From an uncultured delta proteobacterium (GTDB taxonomy: Bacteria; Desulfobacterota; BSN033; UBA1163): a stretch of 64,000 nt of DNA. Below are positions 41,369-50,644 of the stretch, in pieces. The position numbers and the translations under genes are program-made. The stretch is taken from NCBI GenBank assembly GCA_963827685.1, contig CAWHBU010000003.1, positions 256,001 through 320,000 on the forward strand. The letters are read 5' to 3'. Under the pieces are notes generated by a model. It was not told where the DNA came from. It made no database searches and was given only the letters and a program-made list of their open reading frames with translations. Positions within the stretch are counted from its first letter, which is position 1; the number at the start of each line of letters is the position of its first letter.

Positions 41369-42989
41369 CGGGCTGTTGCCCAAATGATACTTGCAACGAT
41401 TATACATTCGAGCTATAAGCATGGCAGCACAAATCTGGAATGGAGATATTGCCATGATGGGACAACAGACAGGAATTCAGCCGAAGATCTTCTATCATCA
41501 TATGAACCTGGAACAAAGGATTCCCCGGACACACCTTCTGAGAAGGATTCAAGAGCAGATTGACTTTAACTTCATCTATGCAGAGGTCAGAGACACCTAT
41601 GGGGGCAACGGGAATGTGTCCATTCCCCCTCCTGTAATCCTGAAGATGATGTTGCTGTTAGTTCTTTACAATGTTCGATCGGAACGAGAGTTAATGGAAA
41701 CGATCCCCATGCGTTTAGACTGGCTATGGTTTTTAGGGTACGACATAGACAGTGAGGTGCCGGATCACAGTGTTTTGAGTAAAGCCAGGGCGCGGTGGGG
41801 AGTGGAAGCGTTTAGGGGGTTCTTTGAGCGAATGGTGTGGCAATGTGTGGAGGCGGGGTTAGTGGACGGCAGAAAGATCTTTGTGGATTCGAGCCTGGTG
41901 GATGCGGATGCATCGAACAACTCCGTGATCGACACGCGATCGTTGAAGGTTCAACTCCAGGAGGGCTACAAGAAGCTGGAAGCACGATTAGAGGAAAAGA
42001 GCGAGAGCACGGATTCCTCCAGGAGATACGTTAAAGAGAACAGCCGATACATTTCAACGACCGATCCGGATGCATCGATAGTGAATCGTGGCAAGCCCAA
42101 ACTCTCCTATCAGGTACATCGGGCCGTGGATGAGCGGAGTGAAGTGATCACGGCGATCGAGACGACAACAGGAGATGTCAATGAAGCGCATGAGATGATT
42201 CCTCTGATAGAGAGCCACCGTTTAAATACAGGGATCAATGCGGATACGGTGGTGGCCGACAGCAAATACGGGACGATCGAGAACTTTTTGGCCTGTCATG
42301 ATAGAGGAGTAGAGGCCCACATGCCGGACTTGAGGGAAATCTCATTGAAGCGTACAGAAAAGCAAAATATCTTTGGGGAAGAGCGGTTTGAGTATGATCG
42401 GGAGAGTGACACCTATCGTTGTCCGGCTGGGCATCGGTTGAAGCCTAGATCATTACATATGAGTCGGCAAAGTAGAGATTACGCTGCACCCAAGAAGATT
42501 TGTGCAGCATGTGACTTAAGAGAGCAGTGTACTAGAAACAGATCAGGTCGGACAATTAAGCGACATCTGAGGCAGGAAGATCTAGACAGGATGCGAGAAG
42601 CGAGTCGATCGGCCAAAGCGAAGCGGGATATCAAAGTGAGGCAGCATTTGATGGAGCGTTCCTATGCCAGAGGGACGCGGTATGGATATGACCGGGCACG
42701 ATGGAGAGGGCTTTGGCGGGTGCAGATACAGGAATACCTGATCTCTGCTGTCCAGAACATTGAGGTTTTGCTTAGGTACGGATCTTACCTAAAGAGAAGT
42801 CCATCGGTGATGATGGAGCAGATCAAAGGGGCTGTGACAAGGGAGATAAGGTCCTTTTCAGATTTTAAGGAGCTAATGAACTCAAAAATTGGCCGAATGG
42901 TGCTATTTGGTTTTACTTACCCTCGGCTATCATTCATGGAAACTCAAACTGTCAGATATTTTTGAATTGGGCTTTTGAGCAACAGCCCG
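41369..42989 (+). mobile_element. IS1182-family insertion sequence
   Basis: TIR CGGGCTGTTGCCCAAA / TTTGAGCAACAGCCCG; flanks TGAA/TAAA; empty site visible in repeat copy 2. Confidence 0.9.
41454..42965 (+). CDS. IS1182-family transposase
   Basis: SIPP..LKM, SERELM, PDHSVLS, VDSS, TDPDA, ADSKYG, CPAG zinc motif. Confidence 0.92.
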   Translation: MMGQQTGIQPKIFYHHMNLEQRIPRTHLLRRIQEQIDFNFIYAEVRDTYGGNGNVSIPPPVILKMMLLLVLYNVRSERELMETIPMRLDWLWFLGYDIDSEVPDHSVLSKARARWGVEAFRGFFERMVWQCVEAGLVDGRKIFVDSSLVDADASNNSVIDTRSLKVQLQEGYKKLEARLEEKSESTDSSRRYVKENSRYISTTDPDASIVNRGKPKLSYQVHRAVDERSEVITAIETTTGDVNEAHEMIPLIESHRLNTGINADTVVADSKYGTIENFLACHDRGVEAHMPDLREISLKRTEKQNIFGEERFEYDRESDTYRCPAGHRLKPRSLHMSRQSRDYAAPKKICAACDLREQCTRNRSGRTIKRHLRQEDLDRMREASRSAKAKRDIKVRQHLMERSYARGTRYGYDRARWRGLWRVQIQEYLISAVQNIEVLLRYGSYLKRSPSVMMEQIKGAVTREIRSFSDFKELMNSKIGRMVLFGFTYPRLSFMETQTVRYF

Positions 42990-43054
42990 TAAAGATGTGA
43001 CCTATTACATTGTCCTCAATTGCCAGAGCATTTCTGGTGGGAAGGAGGATCATC

Positions 43055-43825
43055 ATGGGATTGTTAATATGTCTCGATGTTGGGTTCGGTGACGCTTCAA
43101 TCATACAGACTGATAAAGCCACATTCCTGATTGATTGCCACTCTATTTCGGACTACCAATCCTACCTGCCAAAAGAGAAGAATATTCGCGCAATTTTTAT
43201 CACCCACCAGCACAACGACCACTATTCTGGTCTGAACTACCTTCAGGATAACGGATATTCAATTGACTATCTAATCTATAGCCCATATGACAGGCGCCGT
43301 GGTGACAATAGTGTGACAATAGAAGAATGGAACGAGTTCAATTCTCTTAAAGACTCCTTCATAAGTAAAGGCACCAAACCCTACGCAGTGTACCGGCAAG
43401 ATAATTTTGACAAGCCATGGTGGGACACTGGTACAGGTGTAAAATTCTGGATCGTAGGTCCCGATGCGAGTGTCGCGAACACAGAAACGAGAGAGATTCA
43501 TGATGCATCACTAGTCATTGAAGCGGACATAGGAGAGAGGGTCTGCCTATTTGCGGGGGACGCTTCCGATATAAATCTTGAGTATGTAGCCAATAAAACC
43601 AAGAATTACTGTGACGATATTCTCCATGCGAGCCATCACGGCAGCTTGAACGGGGCGCACCTAGAGTTCGTTAAAAAGTCCAACGCTAAATATACATTGA
43701 TTTCAACAAAGGCCGGAGTTCATGACAACGTTCCTCATCCGACCGCTCTCAAACGTTATAAAGATTACACCGAACACGACGTTCGGAGAACAGACATTGA
43801 CCACACCTGGAGTTGGGAATTTTGA
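43055..43825 (+). CDS. MBL-fold metallo-hydrolase, ComEC/Rec2-like, no TM domain
   Basis: LDVGFGDA, LIDC, THQHNDHYSG, FAGDA, ASHHGS; AAGGAGG RBS. Confidence 0.88.
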   Translation: MGLLICLDVGFGDASIIQTDKATFLIDCHSISDYQSYLPKEKNIRAIFITHQHNDHYSGLNYLQDNGYSIDYLIYSPYDRRRGDNSVTIEEWNEFNSLKDSFISKGTKPYAVYRQDNFDKPWWDTGTGVKFWIVGPDASVANTETREIHDASLVIEADIGERVCLFAGDASDINLEYVANKTKNYCDDILHASHHGSLNGAHLEFVKKSNAKYTLISTKAGVHDNVPHPTALKRYKDYTEHDVRRTDIDHTWSWEF

Positions 43826-43889
43826 AAATGACGAGGAATGGGACCTGTTTACCTATTAAAAGAATAGAAGAATTAGAGGTGATAAAGAA

Positions 43890-44819
43890 ATGGAGGAATA
43901 TCTGAAAATTTGGTTTCTAGATGTTGGGCATGGGGATTGTGCATATATAGAAATGCCAAATGGTGCCAGAATGATGGTCGACTGCGGAGGTTCAGACAAT
44001 TGGGCTTTTAAATTACTAAAACATTATAAAATTACTAAAAAGGAGTCTCCAAATGCATGGGGATATGCACTTGATGAATTAGTCATATCACATCCCCATG
44101 GAGACCATATTTCAGATATTATTGGAATACACGACGAAATAGGGTTCAAATGGCTCCAAGGGGGTTATAGGAATTTCATTGATGAGATAAAACAAGATGA
44201 TATAGACTTCCGGAAAAGAAACAAAGACGCCGTGTTAAAATTTATTAGTGTTGTAAAAAATTACAATGCAGAATACAAAGTTGAAGAAGACCGCGTTGCA
44301 GCTGCTGACCCCCCATGTAAAGTTGAGTCAAAAAGGTTCCTTCAGTACGAAAAAGATATTGATCTAAATGAATTGAGTTGGTTTACAACTTTAGAAATCG
44401 GGGGTAAAAAGGTTTTGTTTACAGGAGATATGACTTCTGCAGGAGTGAAAAGAATCTTGGAATCAAAGAGAGCTTCTGAATTCAAGGAATTCTTGAAGAA
44501 AACGACAGTAGTAAAGGTACCACATCATGGGAGAGTAAATGGGTGCTCAAAAGAGATGTTTGAAGCTCTTGGAGATAAACCGCTATTATGTATTGCGTCG
44601 GACAAGGTTTTAGATAACACAAATGAAGGGACGTCGAATATTTCCTGGTATGGGGAAAATACAAGTGATGATTTGGTCTTGATAGATGGAAAAATGGAAA
44701 AGAGGAAAGTGCTTACTGCTAGAAAGGATGGTGACATTTATTTATCAATCTCTAAGGAAGGGGAAATAAGTGTTGTAACGAATTGTTTTAAAGATGTTCG
44801 AGAGAAAATAATGAGTTGA
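43890..44819 (+). CDS. MBL-fold metallo-hydrolase, ComEC/Rec2-like, no TM domain
   Basis: LDVGHGDC, MVDCG, SHPHGDHISD, FTGDM, KVPHHGR. Confidence 0.88.
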   Translation: MEEYLKIWFLDVGHGDCAYIEMPNGARMMVDCGGSDNWAFKLLKHYKITKKESPNAWGYALDELVISHPHGDHISDIIGIHDEIGFKWLQGGYRNFIDEIKQDDIDFRKRNKDAVLKFISVVKNYNAEYKVEEDRVAAADPPCKVESKRFLQYEKDIDLNELSWFTTLEIGGKKVLFTGDMTSAGVKRILESKRASEFKEFLKKTTVVKVPHHGRVNGCSKEMFEALGDKPLLCIASDKVLDNTNEGTSNISWYGENTSDDLVLIDGKMEKRKVLTARKDGDIYLSISKEGEISVVTNCFKDVREKIMS

Positions 44820-44858
44820 TTGTAGGGTGATTTGAAAAAGAGGAAGGTGGTGATTGTG

Positions 44859-45467
44859 ATGATAAACGAGGAGAAAAGTGTAGACTTTCTTTTAAAGGAG
44901 TATTCTGAAGCATACAATCACATGAGACATTACGATAATTTGGAATTGTCATTCATAAAATTTGTTTTTACTTTTGACATTGGAATCTTGTCTGCGTGCA
45001 TTACGATCTATAATTATTTTAAGGGAACTGAAAAAATTGTAGTCAAACCGTTAGGCATAATTTCGTTATTGGGTTTTGCAGTAGGGTTGATTTTTTTAAG
45101 TTTGTGTGTTCGAAACAGGGTGTATTTCGTTATAGTTACAAGGGAAGTAAATAGGATTAGGAAATACTTTAATGAAAATATGGAGGGAAAGTTTAATTTT
45201 GATGAGATGTACATGAATCCGTTGTATCCGAAATATTTTAATTTTATGAGTACATATTCATTAAGCAAGTATCTTATTGGTTTATTGAACGCGATATTGG
45301 CTTCAATAGGATATTCATTGTTATGGTGTGGAGTTTTAGGATTTAATGTTTGGGTTCTAATAATAAGTTTTTTGGTACAGACGGGATTTATTATTGTGTA
45401 CTTAAAAAATAAAGAAGGTAAAAAGGCGGATGAAGCAATCCATGGTGAAAAAGTAAAGGTAACGTGA
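44859..45467 (+). CDS. hypothetical multi-pass (about 4 TM) membrane protein
   Basis: Amphipathic N-terminal helix (FLLKEYSEAYNHMRHYD), two TM pairs, very AT-rich. Confidence 0.75.
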   Translation: MINEEKSVDFLLKEYSEAYNHMRHYDNLELSFIKFVFTFDIGILSACITIYNYFKGTEKIVVKPLGIISLLGFAVGLIFLSLCVRNRVYFVIVTREVNRIRKYFNENMEGKFNFDEMYMNPLYPKYFNFMSTYSLSKYLIGLLNAILASIGYSLLWCGVLGFNVWVLIISFLVQTGFIIVYLKNKEGKKADEAIHGEKVKVT

Positions 45468-45517
45468 TATTTTCAAAAGTTCGATGGTAAATCTTAAAAT
45501 CAAAAAGAGTAATCAGC

Positions 45518-45573
45518 GGGACGGGTCTTGAATCTTGATGTTTATGAAATATCAAAAAGCAAGACTCGACCCC
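45518..45573. repeat. 56-bp imperfect palindrome P, copy 1
   Basis: GGGACGGGTCTTG..TTGAT..ATCAA..CAAGACTCGACCCC; second copy at 56419-56474. Confidence 0.85.
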
Positions 45574-45589
45574 AGTTATAAATAACAAT

Positions 45590-45991
45590 TTACTCATGCC
45601 TGACCCCGTTTTTTTCACTGGGGACATCAAATTTTGAGCTAGTTGGCAAGTGATTGGCAGCATAATAAAACCCAAAAGATATAAGAATGCTAATGCAGGC
45701 TACTGGGAATGCGAGTGATTTCCCATGCCACAACCCGACAAACCAACGCCTGAACTCATCCATAAGCACATTTGCCTTTCCACCATAGAGTTCTAAATCC
45801 CGTAAATATTTCTTGGAATCTTCAGGCATAATCGGATAAACAGATCCACCTTCCTCTTCGTAACCCAAAACGCCGCTCGAATTATTCTGAGCTGTCTGAT
45901 AAATCAAGATGGCACTACCCAAACCAACCACCAGGATAATGGCGCTGATGAGATTAAGCAATATATGCAGATCTGCGATTTTCCATTTCAT
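45590..45991 (-). CDS. hypothetical 2-TM membrane protein, copy 1
   Basis: Near-identical to 55901-56302; upstream TTGACA-N18-TATACT. Confidence 0.75.
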   Translation of the reverse strand: MKWKIADLHILLNLISAIILVVGLGSAILIYQTAQNNSSGVLGYEEEGGSVYPIMPEDSKKYLRDLELYGGKANVLMDEFRRWFVGLWHGKSLAFPVACISILISFGFYYAANHLPTSSKFDVPSEKNGVRHE

Positions 45992-46409
45992 GTTGTGCCT
46001 GTTTTTGATGAATACCGATTGATTTTGGAAAAAAGTATAAGAAAAGATGCCTTGTGGTGTCAATGGCCTGACCAGAGTGTAGCTGCCATTTGAAAAGGTC
46101 AAGTCCCGACCAGATTCACGACCAAGAATTACTTACTGAAACAAACGATTGATAAGGAATTTAAAAAGTAATAGATTACAATTGGTAATTCACAGATGAC
46201 CCAATAACTTCCCAAGCATTCTAAAATGCATTCCTCACCTCCGCATATTCAATTTGACCTCCGCCCCAGCCCTGACTTAAAGAAATGATCAAACTGTCAA
46301 TTTACCAAATTGTTACACATTGTACAAAAATGCATTGGGAGACTAAATCCATATTTTGTTCGTTTTAATTCCGGTTAATCAGAATTTTCTCAATATTAAT
46401 CAAAAAATT

Positions 46410-46425
46410 ATGGCACATTTGATGC
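46410..46425 (+). promoter_or_regulatory. putative sigma-54 promoter
   Basis: TGGCAC-ATTTG-ATGCT about 100 bp before the CDS at 46525. Confidence 0.5.
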
Positions 46426-46524
46426 TTTTCGTTACTCATTACCGATAAATCCTATTGACACTGAATAAACCCTATTAACCGCTCGCTTTTAAAATTCTGA
46501 AATTCATGAAAGGAGGGAAAAATT

Positions 46525-46893
46525 ATGAAATGGATACCATTGGTTTTAGCGGTTTTTTTGATTTTTGGGGGATCTGCATCTGGAGCAACTCTATCCATTA
46601 AGGGTACGTGGACACCAAACACTGAGTATGACATGGCAGGGTATAATCTTTACCGGACTGATGGAACCCGGACGAAGATTAATGCCACTTTAATACCTTT
46701 CTTGACTGGTACCACGCCTACGGCGCAGTATAGTTTTACAGCTACAGTGTCTGGAGCCGCTGGAACAATGACATTCGTTATGACAGCTGTGGATACTTCC
46801 AACAATGAGAGCTTAGACAGTAATACGGCTTCATATAGTTATGACCTTGCTGCACCCGCTGCACCGAGGGCCCTTTCTATTGTCAAACAATAG
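46525..46893 (+). CDS. small secreted fibronectin-III/Ig-like protein
   Basis: Signal peptide; W.PN.E.D.AGYNLYR and TAVD.SNNES..S pattern; GGAGG RBS; terminator at about 46943-46972. Confidence 0.75.
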   Translation: MKWIPLVLAVFLIFGGSASGATLSIKGTWTPNTEYDMAGYNLYRTDGTRTKINATLIPFLTGTTPTAQYSFTATVSGAAGTMTFVMTAVDTSNNESLDSNTASYSYDLAAPAAPRALSIVKQ

Positions 46894-47131
46894 AATAATT
46901 CATCTCCTGATAAAAATGCATATTTAATCGCCATAGGTTAAGGGCAGAATCGGAATTCGCTCTGCCTTTTTTGTTTTCGCAGGTTTCAATCCGTAATCAT
47001 TAACTCCCAGATCAGCCTGCTACTGAAGATAGGGAGGTGTACTGGTTAGGCAAGAGGTAATTTGACAGGGTCTGTCAGATTAAGTATCGTTCAGGGCAAA
47101 TACAAATAATCCGTCTTCGTCTATTAATGAG

Positions 47132-47287
47132 GACAAGAATCTAGGGGGCAGGTCAAAAACATATGACATGGAAACCTATGTTTGACATAGAAATTTGAGA
47201 GGCGTATTCTTTGGACCAGGAAGTGCCCGAGCACGGAGAGACACCGAAAAACATCGGATAAATTCATGACATCTGAAGATGGGACCC
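47132..47287. repeat. ~155-bp repeat R, copy 2, intact
   Basis: GGGGGCAGGTC...GATGGGACCC, followed by three CCTATTG(C/T)ATTG units. Confidence 0.9.
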
Positions 47288-47422
47288 TATTGCATTGCCT
47301 ATTGTATTGTCCCTATTGCATTGTCTCCTGCAGAAATAAAAAAGGCAGAGTCATTTCTGACCCTGCCTCATGCCTTTTCATTTAATCTTAATTTCAACAA
47401 GATTTCTCTAAGTATTTAGTTT

Positions 47423-47800
47423 CTATTTTTTTACAGACCCCTTTGCATAATCTACCATACCTTGAAAGTCGACGACGACCACAGGCTCATCTCCAATAAC
47501 CCAGGCATCATGTCCCGCTCCAAGTAAAGAGACATCCCCTGTCTTAAAATCCCTTTCTGTCCCATCGTCCATTTTAACCCTTATCGTTCCGGATACGTGA
47601 TACTGGAAATGGGGAGCCCCACAACTTTTGGTATTTACTAAAGGCTTGACAGATTTAGACCATCTCCATCCAGGTTGGAATGTAGCCCGTCCTATCGTTC
47701 TCCCTCCAATATTTATGATTTCCAATTTTCCTTTATCGAATGTCCTCACCTCATCCGAGATATTAAAATTTTTCCCTTCCATTTTTGCCATCTTGATCAC
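47423..47800 (-). CDS. cupin domain protein
   Basis: PGWRWS, GHDAWVIGDEP. Confidence 0.85.
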   Translation of the reverse strand: MIKMAKMEGKNFNISDEVRTFDKGKLEIINIGGRTIGRATFQPGWRWSKSVKPLVNTKSCGAPHFQYHVSGTIRVKMDDGTERDFKTGDVSLLGAGHDAWVIGDEPVVVVDFQGMVDYAKGSVKK

Positions 47801-47933
47801 CTCCTCAATCTATTGACTCATTTCTCCCCAGTCAAAATATGTGTATTCAAAACCCAAATGTCAACTAATTGTTGTTTAAAATCTGTTTTTGAAAGTTAAT
47901 TGTGGAGGGGATTCCTGAATGATGAGAGATATT

Positions 47934-47994
47934 GATTTCCATCTGAAATATTGCATCTTGGAGGGGAATTTAAAATTGAGGACTTCAGGAAGAA
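47934..47994 (+). repeat. 61-bp bipartite motif, copy 2
   Basis: GATTTC-CATC-TGAAA-N32-GACTTCAGGAAGAA. Confidence 0.7.
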
Positions 47995-48131
47995 GTCACC
48001 AAGACGCTTGACAATGTCCGTAGGATTAAACCCTTTATAATAATGTGTGAAAATCAGGATTCGAGTTAACAAAAATTGGACAAAAAAAGAAGGCTCACAT
48101 GGGTCCTTCTTCGGAGACCTTCTCTTTCAGT

Positions 48132-49373
48132 TTAACGGTGGCCTCCGCCACCTCCACCGCCACCGCCATGGCCGCCTCCTCCATAACCTCCTCCATGGCC
48201 TCCTCCGTGAGAACCTCCAGAGCCGCCACCACTAAAGCCGCCGAAAGAACTTCGCCCGCCCATAGAAGGTGCGCTAAAAGACCTGCTTGGTAGGCTACTG
48301 AAGCTTCTGCTATGTGGTCTGCCAAAAGACCTGCCTGCGCCAGTCCCTGGCCCTTGAAAGTTTCGATATTGTCTTCCAGTATTGCCTGGTTGGCCGAATG
48401 CCCTGCCGTTCGCACTCCGGTTGAAGATGGAGGTAGCGCCTTTTCTGGCCTCCCGGGATACGAACCCACGGGAACCTGTTCCCCCAGGGGTGCGAGTTGC
48501 AGCCGTTCGGGTCGTCCTCGTTGTTGGGTCAACCCTAAGAGAGGCATGGGTCTTTGGGTCAATAAAGTGGTTGGAAATCAAATGATGACCGTGATGGAAA
48601 TGATGATCATGATGGAAATGATGAAAATCGTTCAGGATGTAAAAGCCAGGGAAGAAGAAACCAGAACACCAGAATGGATAAGGCACCCAGCCATACAGGT
48701 AGTAGTAATCCCACGGCGGCGGATAGTAAGTGACAATCGGCGGGCCTTCCTCATAGTAATAGTTGTCAATTTCCTGAGGCTGGGCGTATTCGCTACTTGT
48801 TGGGGGTTGACTCTCTGCATACTGACCGGACCCAGGTGCAACTGCTAAGCCGAACTCGGTTGTGAGCCCCTGGAATGCCTGCAAGGCCTCATCTTTTCCC
48901 ATGGGTAACTTCTTTAAGGCTGCCGCGGCAATCAAAGCGTTTTGCACCTGACCGATAATAATGGGAGTCATAGGATAATCGGCAATCCACCCGTTTTTCG
49001 GCGTAATACCGACCGAAGTCAGCATGTCTTCGGCCTGGGCCTCCGTTTCTGGCGTACCCAGTTTAAGGGCAGTCGCAAGCTTCAGCGCAAAATCACCTTC
49101 TGGTACAAGGGATTGTGAAATCGGAGGAACTTGCGTTGCCGTCCCCGTTGACTGTACATTAACCCCCATCTTTTCAGCAGGGGCTTCGGAAGGGGCTGTA
49201 CGCTCCTTTCTTCGCGTACTTACCTCTTCAACGCTCTCGCGATAAATAGCAGGAACTTTGCTATAATCATCCGTAAAGCTTACCACGCCTCTTTCATCTA
49301 TCCACTTATAAATAGTAGCCGATGCAGAGGAAGCGAAAATAAGTATGAATAAAATAAAAATGAGCTTCTTCAT
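48132..49373 (-). CDS. exported protein with a DUF4124-like N-terminus, His-rich segment and Gly-rich tail
   Basis: Signal peptide, IYKWIDERGVVSFTD, YYPPP, HHFHHDHHFHHGHH, GGGSHGGG repeats. Confidence 0.78.
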   Translation of the reverse strand: MKKLIFILFILIFASSASATIYKWIDERGVVSFTDDYSKVPAIYRESVEEVSTRRKERTAPSEAPAEKMGVNVQSTGTATQVPPISQSLVPEGDFALKLATALKLGTPETEAQAEDMLTSVGITPKNGWIADYPMTPIIIGQVQNALIAAAALKKLPMGKDEALQAFQGLTTEFGLAVAPGSGQYAESQPPTSSEYAQPQEIDNYYYEEGPPIVTYYPPPWDYYYLYGWVPYPFWCSGFFFPGFYILNDFHHFHHDHHFHHGHHLISNHFIDPKTHASLRVDPTTRTTRTAATRTPGGTGSRGFVSREARKGATSIFNRSANGRAFGQPGNTGRQYRNFQGPGTGAGRSFGRPHSRSFSSLPSRSFSAPSMGGRSSFGGFSGGGSGGSHGGGHGGGYGGGGHGGGGGGGGGHR

Positions 49374-49796
49374 CTTTTTTCTCCATTTTGATTAAAAATA
49401 CATCATGCCTTCCCCCAGTTCAAATTCAACCCTTTTGGTTGATTCATTGCAACTCATTGGCCCAGCCTGATAAACACTCTCTAATTACTTTAGACGTATT
49501 ATTCAGTTTTTTATTCAACATTCTTCATACCTCGCGCTGCTCAACATCAATAATGACATCCTTGGTAATCAGTTAATTCTACCTTTGGAAAGAAAAGGAT
49601 GTTTGCCTTTATTATTTAACCCAGTCTGGATCAGCTTCGGATTCTTCTGTTTCCTTTGATTCACCTCTTTCTTGCCTAATTATACGCAACAAGAATATCC
49701 TTTCTGAGCCGGCAAACAAATAGGCCGAGTCTACCGTTGGTTCATCCTTCGGCAGCTCGGCCATCTTCTTCCCAAAAGATCCGCCGCTTTCCTTCC

Positions 49797-49988
49797 CTAC
49801 CTCACGGAAGGTTTGGCTTTATCGAGTGAGCCTCTACAACTATTATCTAAAGAAATCTTAGATTTGTCAAACAAATAATTGGTGATTTCCTTGGTTATTC
49901 TCTGAGGGTTGTTCCTCCTTTCCGGTACCACCCCGATCAGTTCATAACCCTTTGGATCACGCCAGCAGTGAAGTTCGTAACCTACCAT
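49797..49988 (-). pseudogene. small hypothetical protein, possibly truncated
   Basis: GAGG RBS; plausible N-terminus (LIGVVPERRNNPQRITKE). Confidence 0.35.
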
Positions 49989-50210
49989 ACGTTAATCCTC
50001 TACTCACCTTTTAAACTTCTTAAACTCCTTCCTCAACACGTTTTTATCCGGATTTTCAATGCCGAGTCTCGGCTATCATCATAAGCTCCCATAACCACTC
50101 TATCTTTCTCAAACTTCAATATTTTAACGGAAGTCAAAAGGGAAAGAGATTTACACAAAAGTCTCGGGCTACTTCCCTAAAAATGTGAAAAAGGTCTCCC
50201 ACTTTTTATT

Positions 50211-50271
50211 GATTTCAGATTGAAATCTTCTAATTTAAAGGAAGGTTCAAGAATCAAGACTTCAGGAAGAA
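50211..50271 (+). repeat. 61-bp bipartite motif, copy 3
   Basis: GATTTC-AGAT-TGAAA-N32-GACTTCAGGAAGAA. Confidence 0.7.
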
Positions 50272-50344
50272 TTATGCAAGGAAAACCACTCTTACTCTTG
50301 CCAGAATTGATAAAAAGGCCATATTGAACTTTATGCCTCCATAC

Positions 50345-50643
50345 CCTTCTGGTCAAGGACATCAATCACGGTTTTGAGGAGCAGGAAGAGGAAACCCTTT
50401 TGCTCCTCAGTTAATGCCACAGCATCCTCCCCTTCATCATCCTCCATTAAAGCATCAGCCACATACTTTACCACATAGGGCTGTCTGGAAATCTGAACAC
50501 TGGCAACCCTATCGAGAAATTTTTCATGGGCCGATCCAACACGTCCCCAAACCTAATTCATAAGCCTGTAGTATCATGAATGAACAGGCCATGGACACAT
50601 CCACCGTATAAGCTGGCTGACCACAGGCCATGGTTGCCTTCGA
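50345..50643 (-). pseudogene. fused gene fragments: nitroreductase internal piece plus the C-terminus of an unrelated protein
   Basis: Hand translation: [34 protein letters not shown], then in another frame HEKFLDRVA...FLLLKTVIDVLDQK. Confidence 0.65.
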
Positions 50644-50644
50644 T

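Noticed and set aside
43055-44819. Competence gene comEC or antibiotic-resistance beta-lactamase
   Set aside because: No competence TM domain, no signal peptide, and the HHG motif is of the ComEC-like nuclease type rather than class B beta-lactamases.
45518-45573. Integron attC site
   Set aside because: Ends do not match RYYYAAC/GTTRRRY and no intI is present.
48047-48848. Several overlapping ORFs on both strands
   Set aside because: Products of GC-rich low-complexity codons in the Gly-rich gene 48132-49373.
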